A stretch of 64,000 bases of DNA from Eledone cirrhosa (lineage: Eukaryota), in NCBI GenBank assembly GCA_964016885.1, contig OZ024747.1, positions 48,670,001-48,734,000 on the forward strand, given 5' to 3'. A program made the translations under genes and the position numbers. Positions 1 through 55,126 of this stretch are shown here, piece by piece (the first letter of the stretch is position 1; each line of letters begins with the position of its first letter). The notes under the pieces were generated by a model that was not told where the DNA came from, ran no database searches, and saw nothing but the letters and a program-made list of their open reading frames with translations.

Positions 1-159
1 TCTTGAGACTTCTTTCTCTCCTCTTTACTTCCTTCAGCCTCTCTTCTCTCTTCTACGTGGTTTCTAGCAAATTGTGTTGTAAACACATTTAATGCATTTA
101 TTACTAATTTATCATTATTTTTAAATGATCCTCTAATATATTTTTATTTTTAATTTCAG

Positions 160-39528
<39,369 letters not shown>

Positions 39529-40213
39529 AGAGGATTGTTAAAGGAATGAAAATAATTATTATTAATTATAAAAAAATATAAGAAAAATTTAAAATATTTT
39601 CTTTAAAACAAACAAGAAAGAAAGACAGGCAGAAAGAAAGGAGAACATTTGAAAATGATTGTATGAAAATACATGTACTAAACCATCTAGGTGTGTACGT
39701 ACGATAACTATGCAAGAATGAAGAGGACAAAATGAAAGCTTACAAATAACATAACAACATAAACAATGAAATTAATTTGGAAAGTTGATTATCGGGTTTG
39801 ACAGAAAGCAAAAGAACAACAAAAATAAATAACAAAAAATAACAAAAAATATAACAACTAATAAAGAATAAAAATATACTAACAAAGTTATCAATGAATA
39901 AACAAATACATAAATACACAAACACGAAAGCTGAAACACAATGAAACGCTAACAAGTCTCCGTCAGTGTTTAAGGGATGTTTCTAGAACATGCTTCAATG
40001 GTTGGTACCAAAACAATACCACTCATATGGATGGTATTTTTTCCCATTCTTTCTCTCAACGAAAACAAACACATTATCGCGTTGTCAACATCACAGAACG
40101 TGAAAAACCACAAAAACAGACATTTTTTTCCACAGTTCTGTTCACCTGTTTGTGTTATTACATGTTTTTTTTTATTGATTATTATTATTATTATCATTAT
40201 TATTATTATTATA

Positions 40214-40245
<32 letters not shown>

Positions 40246-41179
40246 ATTATTATTATTATTAATATTATTATTTTATATGACATCCCAGATCAGATAATAA
40301 AACCCTACAAAAATGAAACTATTTATTTATGATTATTATTCTTGTGTCCTTGTATTTTTCAATTCTTTAATTTTTTTTTCTGGTTTTAATCACCACAGCG
40401 AATCTTGCTTGGACACCTCTTTAAAAGTTTATAGCCAGTTGTGTCGGCTCCAGTACAAACTTGCAGTCCAAAACTTATTTTTTATTTATATCTTCGATTG
40501 TCGAAACCACTACGTTACGGGACCCAAGCACACGCACACACACACACATGTACTTACACACACATACACACATTCGAGAAATATGTAGACAGATAGATAA
40601 ATAGACACATAGTGACGCAAACGGATAGGCAAATAACTTAATAGAAATATAGATAAAATATACATTAACGTTCTAATTACTCTGCATGGCACTTAAGGTG
40701 ATATTAGTTAATTTTAAGGTGCTCTTTATGAATATGCAATCTGTTTTGTTCCATCAAGTCTGCATTGTGACCTACAAGATACCCCACATATACTATATTT
40801 TCAGAAAAAGTGTCTAATCTTGTGAACATCACATGTTACTTATTAATGTATTCAACTACAATTAATCACTGTTGAAATAATTGTTTCTACACAAGGCCAG
40901 CAAATACCCAGTGCATTACTGGTACTTTATTTTATCGACCCCGTAAGAATGGCAAGGGCCGTAATTTTGAGTTCAAATCCCGCCGAGGTTAAAATAATAT
41001 TGTAAATTGAGAAAAAACTTACCACAAAAAAGTTACAGCATTGATTTCACTGTCAAGATCAGTAACATGGAGTTCAAGAAGAGTGGAGCCAGCAAAAGTC
41101 TGTAATTATTCAGGGACCTGCTCACCCTTGGTACCTTGTTTCAACAATAGTGATCATCACTGATCATCACCATGCTCAT

Positions 41180-41860
41180 CACTGATCTTGCCTATGTCCA
41201 AGTGACTCTTTGAAAAGTGAATCTTCTAGGACATTATGATACTCTGTACATCGAATGAATCCAGGTCAGCTTTGATTGTCTTGTAATTCGAGCGTCAGTT
41301 CTTTTCTAGAAAGTTTTCAACTATCTTTAATATCACATCATAAGCTTGTCGCTTAACTTCATTCAATGAATCTCTGAACATTTGATTCTTCATCAATGTG
41401 CAAGTGTCTGGTACAACGAACACCCCTTTTTAAATCAATGCATCACTTAATCTAGGAAAGATATCTTTCAGCAACTTGATAGGTTGCCTCTCAGGGTCCA
41501 GTAACTTCACAAAATGTTTGAAGATTTCAAGTTTAATATGTATTGGTGGCAAAAAAATTAATTCAGGTGGAACTAGTAGTACGTATTGAACGCATTTATC
41601 CCCTGGTCTCCATTCATGACATGCTGGCCAGTCCTGCCGACTGTAGAGGTCATTTCCGGCTGTCCCACGGGCACAAAAAGCAGCAAAACTTCATGTAGCC
41701 CTTTTGCATCCCAGTTAAAAAAAACAACAATGATTTTCAAGACTGCTACTGCTTTCTACTTGAAATCATCATATCTGATCAGGCAAAGTAACATTCTGAT
41801 AATGTATGTATGGCCCTTTTGCCTTACTCGAATAACTCACTGGAATCCCTGATTCATTCC
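41180..41860 (-). pseudogene. Decayed DNA transposase fragment (possibly Chapaev/CMC-like; family tentative)
   Basis: Minus strand reads CFLCPWDSR and IFLPPIHIKLEIFKHFVK..IFPRLSDALI*KGVFV, resembling the CFLCxWDSR / LPPLHIKLG motifs of invertebrate transposases. Confidence 0.55.
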
Positions 41861-42109
41861 CAAGATGCAAAAGTACTACCTTTAAGCTGGAAATACTAAT
41901 ATCAATGAATAACTATCAAAATCTAGATGTAATGGAGCAAAACTGACTTCATATTCGGAAAGAATACCTTAAAATTAGCTAAAATACCCCTATCTCTTGC
42001 TAAAGACATTTTATTTTCATTTGGTCATGCAATGTTATTAGTTTATCTGTGTTAGCCAACATGGCGCTGATAGGTATCGTTGTTATCCTCGAGTAAAATG
42101 GCCTCCTAA

Positions 42110-42480
42110 CTAGCACGCAGCATGGCTTTCGCTCAGGAAAAACCTGCCCTGCACAGCTGCTACAACACTGACTGGGTACTTAAACAATTGCTGGACAGCT
42201 CACATATGGACGTGATATATCTTGACTTTGCGAAGGTCTTTGACAAGGTTGACCACAGAATGATATGTCAGAAACTACACAGACTCAACATAACTGGAAA
42301 AGTAGGTGAGTGGCTGCATGATTTCTTAAAAGACAGAAGCCAGACCGGTGCACCAATGAAACATCAATAACAAGTGGGGTGCCCAAGAGCACAGTCTTGG
42401 GACCACTACTGTTTTGGGTGGCTCTCTCAGACATGCTCTCCGCAGTACATACTAGCTATGCTGATGACACAAAGCCATTA
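42110..42480 (+). mobile_element. CR1-like reverse transcriptase fragment
   Basis: QHGFRSGK, MDVIYLDFAKVFDKVDH, TVLGPLLF, YADDT with frameshifts. Confidence 0.8.
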
Positions 42481-43221
42481 TCGGGTTATTACTTGGAGCC
42501 AGTACATAGGAAAGCCACTAAATGTAACTGTCACCTACCAGATAGATGTCCCCCCACTGAAAAAGTGACTAGAATCTAATTTAGTTTATCTATGTACCCT
42601 AAAATCGGGTGACCAAGAATGTAAGTACAGCAAAAGAATTCAAGAAACGCTTGTATGTGCATAGACCCTCAATAAAAAACCCGCAAACTCAGGAACGCAA
42701 CAACCCTAGCCAGTAAAATCTGGCAACTTGTGCATAACGAACAAGAATACCAAATATTTTGGTCTAAATTAACTACTGGTAAGGCTCACACACGCGGGAC
42801 TGATCAATGCAAATTATGTAATTACTCCATCTATACTATAATAAATGGAGGAGTGAGGGACAGCGTCCGTTTTATATCTTTTAATCCCGTTAGTAAAATA
42901 AGTTGGATTACTTTGAATAAATAATTGTTTATACTTTTGGCACAAGGTCAGCAATTAGCCAGTACATTACTGGTACTTTATTTTATCGACCCCATAAGGA
43001 TGAAAGGCAAAGTTAACCTCAACGAGATTTGAACTCAGACCGTAAAGGGACGTAACTATGCTAGAAAGCATGGCATCCAACCCTCTACCGATACTGCCAA
43101 TTCACCATGATTTATGTACTAAATTTCGTAACTCATGATTAAACATAAATAATTTTATTGCTTATTTCAAGATTCACTTCTTTTAAAAGATTCAAATTTC
43201 AATACTTCCGGTATATCGCTA

Positions 43222-43269
<48 letters not shown>

Positions 43270-43487
43270 GTATGTATATATATATATATATACAAAATTA
43301 AGATAATCAAAATTATGGGTGTCATGCCAGAAAGACATGCGGCATATCACCCGCAAAATAAGCTCTAAGATTCTAACGATAGGTCCGAGCATTTTATAAT
43401 AACTAAAAATTGATTAACATATAAATAAACATGAATAATCACAGGAGTGATTATTCATGTTTATTTATATGTTAATCAATTTCTAGT

Positions 43488-43564
<77 letters not shown>

Positions 43565-43608
43565 CGAGAAAGTAAGAGAGAGAGATAGAGACAAAGTGAC
43601 GATGTGAC

Positions 43609-43659
<51 letters not shown>

Positions 43660-43756
43660 AATTCAGCGAGAATCGTATTTCGACTGGTAGAAAAAGCGAA
43701 ACGAAACGCAAAATCGTAGAAATGCTGGCAAGCGCTCCAATAGTTAAGAAAACTAG

Positions 43757-43960
43757 TGCTAAACAATATGTTAAAACAATATGTTAAACAATATGCTAAA
43801 CAGTATGTTAAACAATATGTTAAAACAATATGTTAAACAATATGCTAAACAGTATGTTAAACAATATGTTAAAACAATATGTTAAACAATATGCTAAACA
43901 GTATGTTAAACAATATGTTAAAACAATATGTTAAACAATATGCTAAACAATATGTTAAAA
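43757..43960. repeat. 12/13-bp tandem repeat (aaacaatatgtt) with 49-bp higher-order period
   Basis: Variant monomer aaacagtatg recurs every 49 bp. Confidence 0.9.
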
Positions 43961-44415
43961 CGCCATACAAACTGAAAAAGTGGTTAAGGAGGCATTAACC
44001 ACCTAAGCCAAAAAACAAATCAAGTTAAACAGGTCAAACAAAATAAATGATAAAAACAGACCTGGACCCAAATGGAATTGATGGTAAAATCCAAATGCAG
44101 GGTTTCTATGACACCTAAATCAATAATACTGTCTGCTTAAAACTATAAGCTTTCAGCATAAAGATCGAACAAGGAATATCACGTTATCAACAGGTATTTT
44201 GCTCTTTAACCAACTTTGCGAGTGACGCAGAACTTTGTAAAAGCACATGCGTAAGTCACAAGGGGAAATTCCCCATATTTTGGCAAATTAATTCAGTATG
44301 TGTATATCATACAAAAAATTGCATAGATAGCACACATCGAATAAGCACTCAACCGGGTAGTTTTTAAAATAAACTTATGCAATTAATCTGTCAATAGAAT
44401 TATTAACAGGTTAAT

Positions 44416-44476
<61 letters not shown>

Positions 44477-44608
44477 GAGAAGAATGAATACTGCGTGGTT
44501 GCACATGGGTTACATATGATAAAAATAGTCCTTCATCAGTGATTTTCCAACCTTCATTGGTATTTCATCGCTTTAAAAATCATATACCTCCAGTTGGTGC
44601 GAGCAATA

Positions 44609-44648
<40 letters not shown>

Positions 44649-44870
44649 AGTAAAAATTAACGAGAATCGAATTTCAGCCTATGAAATAACGAAAAAACAC
44701 TTTCGAATTGTGAGGCAAGCGCTCAATAATTCAAAAGAATTGGAGCTTACAATTTACGTTAAAGGCCAAACACACTGAGATGGTGGTTAAACTAATTATC
44801 CACACAGCGAAGATTCGATCTCCTATTTCGGGTCAAACAGATATACAGATATAAAAATATATGAAAGCAT

Positions 44871-44934
<64 letters not shown>

Positions 44935-45027
44935 TATAATATATCATACATATATAATGAGATGGTGAAATAGAACTTCCGCTGTTTGTAAACAAAGCTA
45001 ATTTTCAAAACGACGCTAAGTTCTGCA

Positions 45028-45065
<38 letters not shown>

Positions 45066-45514
45066 AATGAAGGGATTAGGGTATTTTTCAACGCGCTGAC
45101 GTGTATGTGTGTGCGTATGCGTATATACTCATACCTTTATATGTATGAGTATATAACTAATCGTGCAAACACAGAATATACACTCACAGACATACATTCA
45201 CACAAATATACATACTTTCACACAAACACACACATACATTCACACAAACACATTATTTGTTGTTACAGGTTTTATTCAGGGATGTATAAAAAATATAATT
45301 GTTTCTACTTTTGGCACAAGGCCAGCAATTACTCAGTACATTACTGGTACTTTATTTTATCGACCCCGTAAGGATGAAAGGCAAAGTTAACCTCGGCGGG
45401 ATTTGAACTCAAAATGGCAAGGGCCGTAAATCTATGCGTCAAAGAATGGCGTCCGATCCTCTACCGACGCTGCCAATCCACCGCCCATATAATAATATAA
45501 TGATTACAGAACGA

Positions 45515-46160
45515 AATCACAAACAAATATAATATATACAAAGGAAAGGGAAAGGAAAAAGAAGAAAGAGAAAAAACACAGAAGCAAGTAGCACACATCT
45601 AGGACCACATACAACACACAAGCAGGTAATACTCACATCTAGGACCACATACAACACACAGGTGATACATACATCTAGGACAACATACAACAAAAGGCAG
45701 GCGAAAGGGGTGGAAAAACGAGCTACTACCAGAGCAAAAAAGATAATAATATCGCGAGGAGCACTGGGAAACCTCTGTAATAATTTTTGAGACAAGCCAG
45801 CACACTCGCAGCGTTACCTCGGGTGAAGGAGAGGCTGAGGTGCTGGAACAACCAAGCGCCCTCACGAGTATCACCACTTACCTCGGTTAGGCGAACCATC
45901 AGTGAAGATAAGAATCTCGCTGTCAGTAGCCCAACTCCCCCAAACGTGTCGAACGTCACAGGCTGGAGAATGTAGTTAGCTGACAGAACACGGTAGTTTA
46001 GGGGATTTTGTTCTGCTCAGCTGCGGAAGCTGTGGCTCTCGCCCTTACCGCTGCATCCAGGATGTGGGAAGAAGCAAAAGAGTCACTAACTGTGATGTCC
46101 CAGACAAGGCACCTGCGTCTTGACAGTTTCAAAATTGAGGCGATGTTTGCCTGGGTCAAA
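45515..46160 (-). mobile_element. CRE-like (RLE) non-LTR retrotransposon 3' end
   Basis: VWDITV...TFDTFGGVG...REGAWLFQHLSLSFTRGNAASVL; related piece at about 20130-20225. Confidence 0.65.
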
Positions 46161-46283
46161 GCTCTTAAGTGGTACTAGGAGAGTGTGTGTATGTGCGCGC
46201 TGGTGTGAGTTTGTCGACATTGTTAAATTAGAGATGTGTTATATATATGCCTGTGTGTGTGCCATATATATATATGCGCGCGC

Positions 46284-46376
<93 letters not shown>

Positions 46377-46494
46377 ACCGTTTTTAAGGTAGAGACATAT
46401 ATATGTGTGTATCCCCTTCCTTGCTTTTACACACACATACATTTAAACAAACACATACACAGACATTTTGTGACGGACGGATGGACAGAAGTCG

Positions 46495-47060
46495 CTCAAA
46501 TTTATATACATGTGAATGGTGCTCTACTGAAGCAGTTCACGTATCTCAGGGCCGTGTTCATGAGTGATGGAAGGCAGGAGGCTGAATTAAATGCTAGAAT
46601 TACAAAAGCTGATGCAGTAATGCGCCATCTTCAGCATTCAGCAATCAGAAGAAGGGGGTAGGTGTAAAAGCCAAACTCGCTGTCTTCCTGGTATTCCTGC
46701 CAACCCTTGCCGAGAGTTATGAATCTTGGATACTGACCGAAAGAATACAATTGCAAATAAAAGCGGCAGAAATGGGGTTCCTCCGAAGGGTCTTTGGAGT
46801 AACGTTACTCGATAAAGTGCATCACAACTCCGATACTATGTGCATATGGTTAGAATGTGTCAGTAAAGAATCGCTGGACAGATTTTACAGGCAAAACCAA
46901 CCGGCAAGAGGCCCTGAGCAAAATAGTTGGATAACATACATGAGCTTGGCTGGTCACGCTTTGGGACCCAGCTGGATCAGTTAGAAATGTTTGCTGGAAG
47001 GAGTGTTTGAAGTGGACTCTGCCCCCACGACCTTCTCAGAAATAAGTGGGCGAAGAAGAA
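46495..47060 (+). mobile_element. RTE-like LINE 3' fragment
   Basis: QFTYLRAVF..ELNARITKA, YESWILTERIQLQIKAAEMGFLRRV. Confidence 0.75.
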
Positions 47061-48765
47061 GATATTGTCAATTTACTTTTCAATTTACATATCATATCTA
47101 TAAGCATTTATATGTGCGTATAAAACCAATACGCACACTGCATATGCTAGCAGAAAACCGGCCATTGGGCAGTTTTTCTGCTAGTATTTTACTATGTAAT
47201 AATAACTTATCAAATAGTAAGATAGAATGCACAATATTTTGTCGACATAAATGTGCCAATAAGTTCATAAAATACAAACCGCAATAGATGTGATACGATC
47301 CACCGTTCTCACAGTTTATATATAAATATTCTACATCTTCCAGACTTCTAATGCCTGAAACGGTGGTGATAGTGGTGGTGGTATTGGTGGTAGTAGTGGT
47401 GGTGGTGGTGGTGGTAATGGTGCTGGTAGTAGTGGTAATGGTAATAGTGGTGGTGTTAGTATAGTTGTTAGGTTCCCTTCACTCTGACATAGAAACCTAT
47501 TCAAATACAGTACCATTTCTATTATTATTCAGAAATAACTGTTTCTACTTTAGGCACAAAGCCAGCAATTACCCAGTGCATTACTGGTACTTTATTTTAT
47601 CGACCCCGTAAGGATGAAAGGCAAAGTCAACCTCGGCAACTGTGATTAACAATCAAATATTTAATCTTCCTCATTGATCCAGTACATCCTTTAAAATTAG
47701 TAGGGATATACAATAAAATAGAATTGATCAATGTGTCCGAACACGAGGGAGCCGAACTCCCACTGTCATCGCCCCCATCTCTCTCGCCCTCCCCATCTCT
47801 GCTGCCATAAAATAACATTAACTAGCCTTATCTCACACACACATTGTCTTCTTATCTATCCATCACCGTTTTCAACAGTACCATAAATAAACCACTAGTC
47901 TGACAACATCAAAGGACAAAGATATTATGCTAGGACCGGCCCAAACGAACTAGAACACTTAACCAATCTACTGTAAGTGAAGCTGGTCACCTCTAGCCAC
48001 ACCCATATAAAACCGCTAACATCCTCCGTATTTTTTTATTTTTTTATTTTTTTATTTTTTTATTTTTTTATTTTTTTATTTTATTTTTTTTTAAATATTT
48101 TTTTTTATTTATTTATTTTTTTTTTTATTTTTTTTTTTTTTATATATTTTTTTATTTTTATTTTTATTTATTTTTTTTTTATTTTTTATTATTTATTTAT
48201 TATTTATTATTTATTATTTTTATATATATGTTTACGCTTCCCTGTCCTTTGTTTTTACTCAAGTGTTATTCCAATCATTTATTACCCATCAAGTATATAA
48301 TTTTCTCTTAGCCTATTTTATTTTTCCTTTGATGTTTATGTTATTGGGTAATAAACCGCTGTGAGGCTAAATCCCTGATCAATATTTTGATAATCCACCT
48401 AGTGACTGCATTGTTTTGGGTATTTAAAATCGAATTTTACAATAACCAATAAACTGTTGATGATAGAGATTGCAAGACATAATTAATTGCATATTAAACA
48501 ATGAAACATTTGTTAATGTTTGGAATAGAACCCTATTATATCGCTTATCCGTGTTAATCGCCCTTTTACCAGTTATTGATATTCCAAGAACTACTAACCA
48601 CGGAACTTTCCGGAATCGACCCACTGAAAGACCTAACTAAGTAAGCATCTTGTTGAGTCAACTAGCACCGCACATTGAAATATTGCTCGGTACAGATTAC
48701 TCGTAACCTGATGTTAGATAACCTTAAACGATATATATATATACACACATACACACATATATATA

Positions 48766-48863
<98 letters not shown>

Positions 48864-48984
48864 TAGATAGATAGATAGATAGATAGATATATACACTAGA
48901 CCACCCGTGACCCGTTGGGTCACGTTCAATTCAAAATCATTTTTAAATTATTAAAATATACACAGACATATATATATAATGTGA

Positions 48985-51340
48985 AATGAAACGTGTCCAC
49001 CATACTATCTCTTTCGCCATGGCCACCAGACAGATAAAAACTCCCTGCCCTTCCCGGCTAAAGGAAGAGGGCGAGGAAATCCTCACGATGGACTCAGCTG
49101 ATAGCCGGATCCGTCCTACACGCGACAGCAGGTGTTCGACATAAACCCACAAGTCAGCAATTCTTGGACACCGGACGAGTGCGTGCAAGACGGTTTCGTC
49201 GCCCTGCGCGCATCTCGGACATGCCCGGCTGATAGCACTTCCATGCCTGTAGAGTTTATCCCGATCTGGCAAAGCTCCTCGGTAGCACTGCCAGGCCAGG
49301 GATTTCTGGAAGTTGTCCATAGGCCCAGGCCCGAAAGTTCTTCCGAAGAGATTGGCTAGTTGATTTTCGTCGACGCCTAGAGTTTCTCCAAGTATGTCGT
49401 CGCTCTTCCCCTCCACTAATCCTCTATAGAACGCCAAGGTGGAGTTTCCACCGATCACATTGCCCGACTTGGCGAGGGCTGTGAGCGCTTGAAGTCATTC
49501 CAATCTCCAAGCGCTCCCTCTCGGTCTTCGCTTGACCCAGGACTGCAGCTCTGTCAAGGAGACGAGCTGGGGAAAGACGCGTCTAGCAAACGGCGACCAC
49601 ACCTGATCACCATCAAGGAAGAGGTGGAGATGTCGTAGCATGAGCGCGTGTCTGCGCATCATCAGCCACGGCATGCCCAGCCCTCTAGGTAGCAGGTGTT
49701 GACAGCAGATGGACCGCCTGCCATTGGAGCGCATCCCTTCCACAAAAAGCGAAAGAGCAAACGATAGCTTCCTCTCTGCCCATTTCTGGGTGAGGAAGCC
49801 ACCCTGCTCGTCACCTCGTCCCAGTTTTTGGAGGTCCGGACCGAACCAGACCCCTAGCAATTTAACCGGTCCCTCCGTCCAGCGCCCGACGACGCTGTTG
49901 GAAGGTATGGACCTGCCTCTCCAGGTGCCCAGCTGCAGGCCCACCGACTTTTCCTGGTTGATCATTGCTCCTGTCACCGATTCGTAATCTCTTAGTGTAG
50001 TACCGATTGCCTCGATGTGTTTGGCGTTCGACACCACTACGGTGACATCGTCCGCATTTGCTGACACGGATCTTCCGCATCCTTATTCTAGCGGGACGAC
50101 CCTCAACGTTTCCAGTTTGTGCAGTAATGGCTTGAGAGTCAATACGTACAAGAAGGACGAGAGGGCACCGAGCGCATGATGTTGAACGGTTCCGAAATGT
50201 GACCGTTACCTCTCACCACAGAGCACGCTGGGATTATGTGGGGTTAGTAGACAGAGGAGGAGGGTGTAAAAGCGTCAACAACCTACTCAGACGTTTTGAA
50301 CTGTCTGACAGCTATAGACTGGGCAGACCACCACCTGTTGTTGACGACCGCTCCCGTCAACGCACGCTTAACTAATTCGCTTATCCGGTCTCTGTAGGCT
50401 TTGCGCGCCGGGAAAGACGCGTTCAGCTTCCACTAACCGGGTCCTTGTCTATGAAGTCTATCTAAGTCGACTTCACAGATCACACATTTGTGGTCCGAGT
50501 AGCCAACTACTTCAAATTGTGGAAAACCTATGCTAGCCTCAGCTGTTTCCCCACACAATACCCTATCTAGATAAAATCTAGATGACCCGTTGCGGTTTGC
50601 CCATGTCCACATTGGCACATTCGGATAATCTAGTCGATACCTGTCAGACAGTTAAAAACATCTGAGCAGGTTGGTGAGGTTTTTACATCCTCCTCCATTA
50701 TTTACTAACCCCACATAAACCCAGCGTGCATCTAAGATACCGTTCCACTCGCCCACTAACACTAAAGAGCGGGACGTTCCAAGAAAGGTCTCTAGACGTC
50801 TGAAGAATTCTGGCCGTCCTCCACCTGTTGGGGCGTAGGCGGCTACTAGCTTGAAAGCATTGCCTTCGCTGCCTGTCACGTCCAGTACCACCGACTTACC
50901 TTCTGGGTCCAGGAAGATGGTCCGTATGGCGAGACCCAAGCCTCTCCGAAAAAGCACAGCAACTCCGCTCCCCGCTCCCGAACGGCTGGGAGATGCGTAT
51001 ACATCGTAGCCGCCGAGGATCGGTGCGAAGTCTCGTGCTTCGGAAATTCTGGTCTCGCTGATGGCCACCACATCTATGTTCAGTGACCTGAGATCGTTAA
51101 GCAGGTGGCCCTGCTTCCAAGATGACCCCAGGCCACGTACATTTATACTGCCTATTCTAAGTAAGGCCATGTTGGGTGAGGAATGGAGTAAGTGAGAAAG
51201 GATCACCTACCCTGATCGTGTGAGAAAGGGACAGTTGAACCGTCCCTTTGGCTGGTCATGGGTGTCTCCAAGATGATGTCGGTGTATATCCTTTTGGTAA
51301 CTGACCCTCTGAAGTCTCCAACTGCGTTGGGGAATTTTTC
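48985..51340 (-). mobile_element. Tx1/L1-clade element, internally deleted (APE endonuclease, RT, zinc finger)
   Basis: IGSINVRGL...VAISET, SDHK, SANADDVTV, VKLLGVWF, CPRCAQGDETVLHALVRC. Confidence 0.9.
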
Positions 51341-51573
51341 TTTTAAATGTTTATAATGTTATATTTTAATTTCAATAATGTTTATATTTTTCTGGTGTGG
51401 TTTAATCTTAATCGATAGTTTGTGATCGATATCCGATCAGTTTACAGTTAACGAAATGGCGCCATAGGGTCACTTATGATTCCATCTTGAGTACATTTTC
51501 CTCTCTGTAATATGTATTTAGTATATGTACAATATATAGTCAAAAGTAGAAGATATATGTATCTTCTACTTTT

Positions 51574-51603
<30 letters not shown>

Positions 51604-51607
<4 letters not shown>

Positions 51608-51975
51608 CAACTAGAAATTGATTAACATATAAATAAACATATGAAACAATCACAGGGGATAATTTTCACAAGTGTGTAAGCACACATAGCTAGGTAGGTA
51701 ACTTAATGCGTAAACACGGATGGCTGGACTTCTTCCTTGTTGAAAATCCAAGTACCGGCCTCCGTGGTTTACCATTCGATTAATTGGTGAAATATATTTC
51801 TTTAATGGAATATATACAGGGAAGATTAATCATATTATAAGGTATCTATTTTTGAAGTTCTAGTTAACTTTATTTAGTTACCTACCTAGCTATGTGTGCT
51901 TACACACTTGTAAAAATTATCCCCTGTGATTGTTTCATATGTTTATTTATATGTTAATCAATTTCTAGTTGTTAT
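51604..51975. repeat. Inverted repeat with arms of about 98 bp, next to (TA)n; same family as the hairpin at 43396-43492
   Basis: ataacaactagaaattgattaacatataaataaacat...gtaact and its reverse complement ending ...aatttctagttgttat. Confidence 0.9.
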
Positions 51976-52107
51976 AAAATGCTCGAACCTATTCATTAGA
52001 ATCTTGGAGCTTATTTTACGGGTGATATGGTGCATGCCTTTCTGGCATGACACCCATAATTTTGATTTAGATTAAATTCACTTTGATTTATTGATTTATC
52101 TTAATTT

Positions 52108-52215
<108 letters not shown>

Positions 52216-54363
52216 TATATACACATATTCCAAGGTGGCTTTCTCTTTTCTCTATTCTTTGACCTATTTTTATTTTACTGTCTTCTGTGTTCGTTTTCCT
52301 TCTCCCTTCCAAACATCGCATATTACTTTCCGTTGAAGCACTATCGTCCAAAACGTTGAGACACTTTTCCGACTATATCGAGTGTTAAACAAATATACCA
52401 CCATTGTTTTGCATTACATGCTCATATATAATGTAGCGTTATCCCAAATACTAATACAGAAAATTTTACAACACTGTTTGATAGTCTTTTCACAACTGAG
52501 TATCAATATTTTTCTTGCAGAAATATATACATGAATTAATCCATAACAATTATATAACTGCAAGGGGCAAGTGTGTCTCCCTGAAGTACGCCTTCAGATG
52601 TTTTAATTTCATTACTGTCGCCAGAAGTTGTACAATTTATAAATATAGGTGTTTAGTATACAATGACATAATTGTATTATTAAATTAATTTAGCACTTCA
52701 TAGAGAATGGAATTAAATTAAGTCCTATTTAGAAATATCTACAGAATATAGCGCAAATTATATTTTCGAAAGTGCCGGGCGCCAACGCACGTTCTTGTAG
52801 CTTTTATTCAGTAATATTTCTATCTGGACTGAGGCTAGATTGAAACCTTGAAATTAATTCGCCACAGTCTTGTTTTTAGTCTTGTAGGTAACGTTCGATT
52901 AAAGGGTTTTGCACTGGTTCACATGAATGCACTGCTGGTGTTCATGAGCACACAGTCGTTGCCCAGGTATACACAGGAACTGATGCACATGAATTCTCTC
53001 TGATTGTATATGACTGATGTTTCCACTTTTGAGGTTATTACTACTATTATTAGGGTTATTCGTGGGGTTATTGGGGTTATTACTTCTATTATTGTGACAG
53101 TGGATTGGCAGAATCGATAAAGAATTGGACAAAGTGCTTTGTGTTATTTGTTACGCCTTTTCACATTCTGAGATCGAATCTCATTGATTTTCATTTTTCC
53201 AAGGCCGATAAAAGAAATTACCAGTCACGTATTGGGGTTGGTATGACAGACTTTCCACTCTTTCAAAATTGCTTTTCTAGTGACTTAATTGGTAACCATT
53301 ATTGCTAGTATTATTTTGTCGGGTCACTGATAAGGTGGCAAAGAGTGCGACGAATTAAATAAAAATTAAATATCACAGTTTTTCTGTATTTTCAATGATT
53401 AAAATGACTCTGCTACGATGTAATTGATCCCGCCGAGGTTAACTTTTGCCTTTCATCCTTACGGGGTCGATAAAATAAAGTACCAGTAATACACTGGGAT
53501 AATTGCTGGCCTTGTGCCAAAAATAGAAACAATTATTATAGAGTTTGCAATTCTTCAGATGTGTGGGAGAAATTTCTAGAACATCTAGCTGACTTTCGTC
53601 TGGTTCAGCAGTTTTTTCAAGCAACCGCACTTGTTCCTTTCTTTAATTTCTTTTTATCAATTGTTCCATTAGATATTTGAAGTATAATAGAGTGAACGGA
53701 GCATGGCCAAAAAGTTAAGGTTTCTTCACAATCATAAAACTCTGTGTTCAGTCCTTGTCCGTGGCATCTTAGCTTCGGGTTGGTCCAAGGTTTGTGAGTG
53801 AAATCTGGTAAATGAAAACAGTTTGGAAGCTCGTCGGATGGACTGTGTCTGTAATTCAAAACGCCAGCCTTGTCAGACATTATGTTATACTGAATCCCCC
53901 TTAGAATTGCGTTATAGGTACACGTATTTATGGAATGTTCAGCCACATGTAACTTTAACGTAATTCTCGGTGAGACTTTGCGTAATACATTGTCGGACAA
54001 GACTGGTCATTTATCTATAGGTATAATAAAGCTGAAATCACTGGAGCAAGGCGACATAAATTATCCAGCTCAAGGACACAACATGCGGCCGGGAATCATA
54101 CTCACGATCCTGAGCCGAATACCCTAACCCCTAAGCCACACATCTTAACTCCCCTCACACAAATAAAATACAAGACCTGATGGTTATTTATTTTATTTTA
54201 TTTTAAAGATTATTATTGACATTATTATTATCATCATCAGTATTATTATTGTACATTTCTAATTGAATCAAGGCTGAGATAAAAAATACAATATGTATGT
54301 ATGTATGTATGTATATATGTATGTATATATGCATATATGTATGTATATATGTATGTATGAATG

Positions 54364-54397
<34 letters not shown>

Positions 54398-54914
54398 TGT
54401 ATGTATGTATGTATGTATGTATGTATGTATGAATGTATGTATGTGTGTGGGTACATGAGTGTGTATACGTGTGTGTATGTGTGAAAGAAATTCCGAAGTT
54501 CCACAAAGATGGCGATTGCCATGATTAAAAATACCTGCATATATATACACACACACATATGTATATATATATATATGAGTGTGTGCGTGTGTGTATGTGT
54601 GTGTGCGTGGGTATGTATATATATATATGTGTGTATATATATATATATATGTATATATATTAAATGTAATCTGAGTTTTTCGAATATTAATAATATTCGA
54701 TTCGTTTGCAATTATGCAATTATGCCTCATTTTTAAAGCTATGTCAGAAGAATGAGCCCCCCCCCCCCTATTCTTGCTCTTGTGTTGGCATGTAAACAGA
54801 TCTGCATGCAAAAATGAGGCTTTTTTGCATAATTGCAAACGAAACGAATATTATTATTAATATTCGAAAAACTCAGATTACATTTATTGTATTATTTAGC
54901 CATGTAGAGCGAAA

Positions 54915-55027
<113 letters not shown>

Positions 55028-55126
55028 GGAGGTGAGTTTTATTGTAGCACAATTAAGCAATGCAAATATGTTGATTTAAAACTTCACTATTCACAAGTGT
55101 TTTTTAACCTTCATATCATGCATCCC

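Noticed and set aside
39529-40500. Defined 3' UTR end and poly(A) site
   Set aside because: Several AATAAA hexamers in AT-rich sequence; cannot choose one without transcript data
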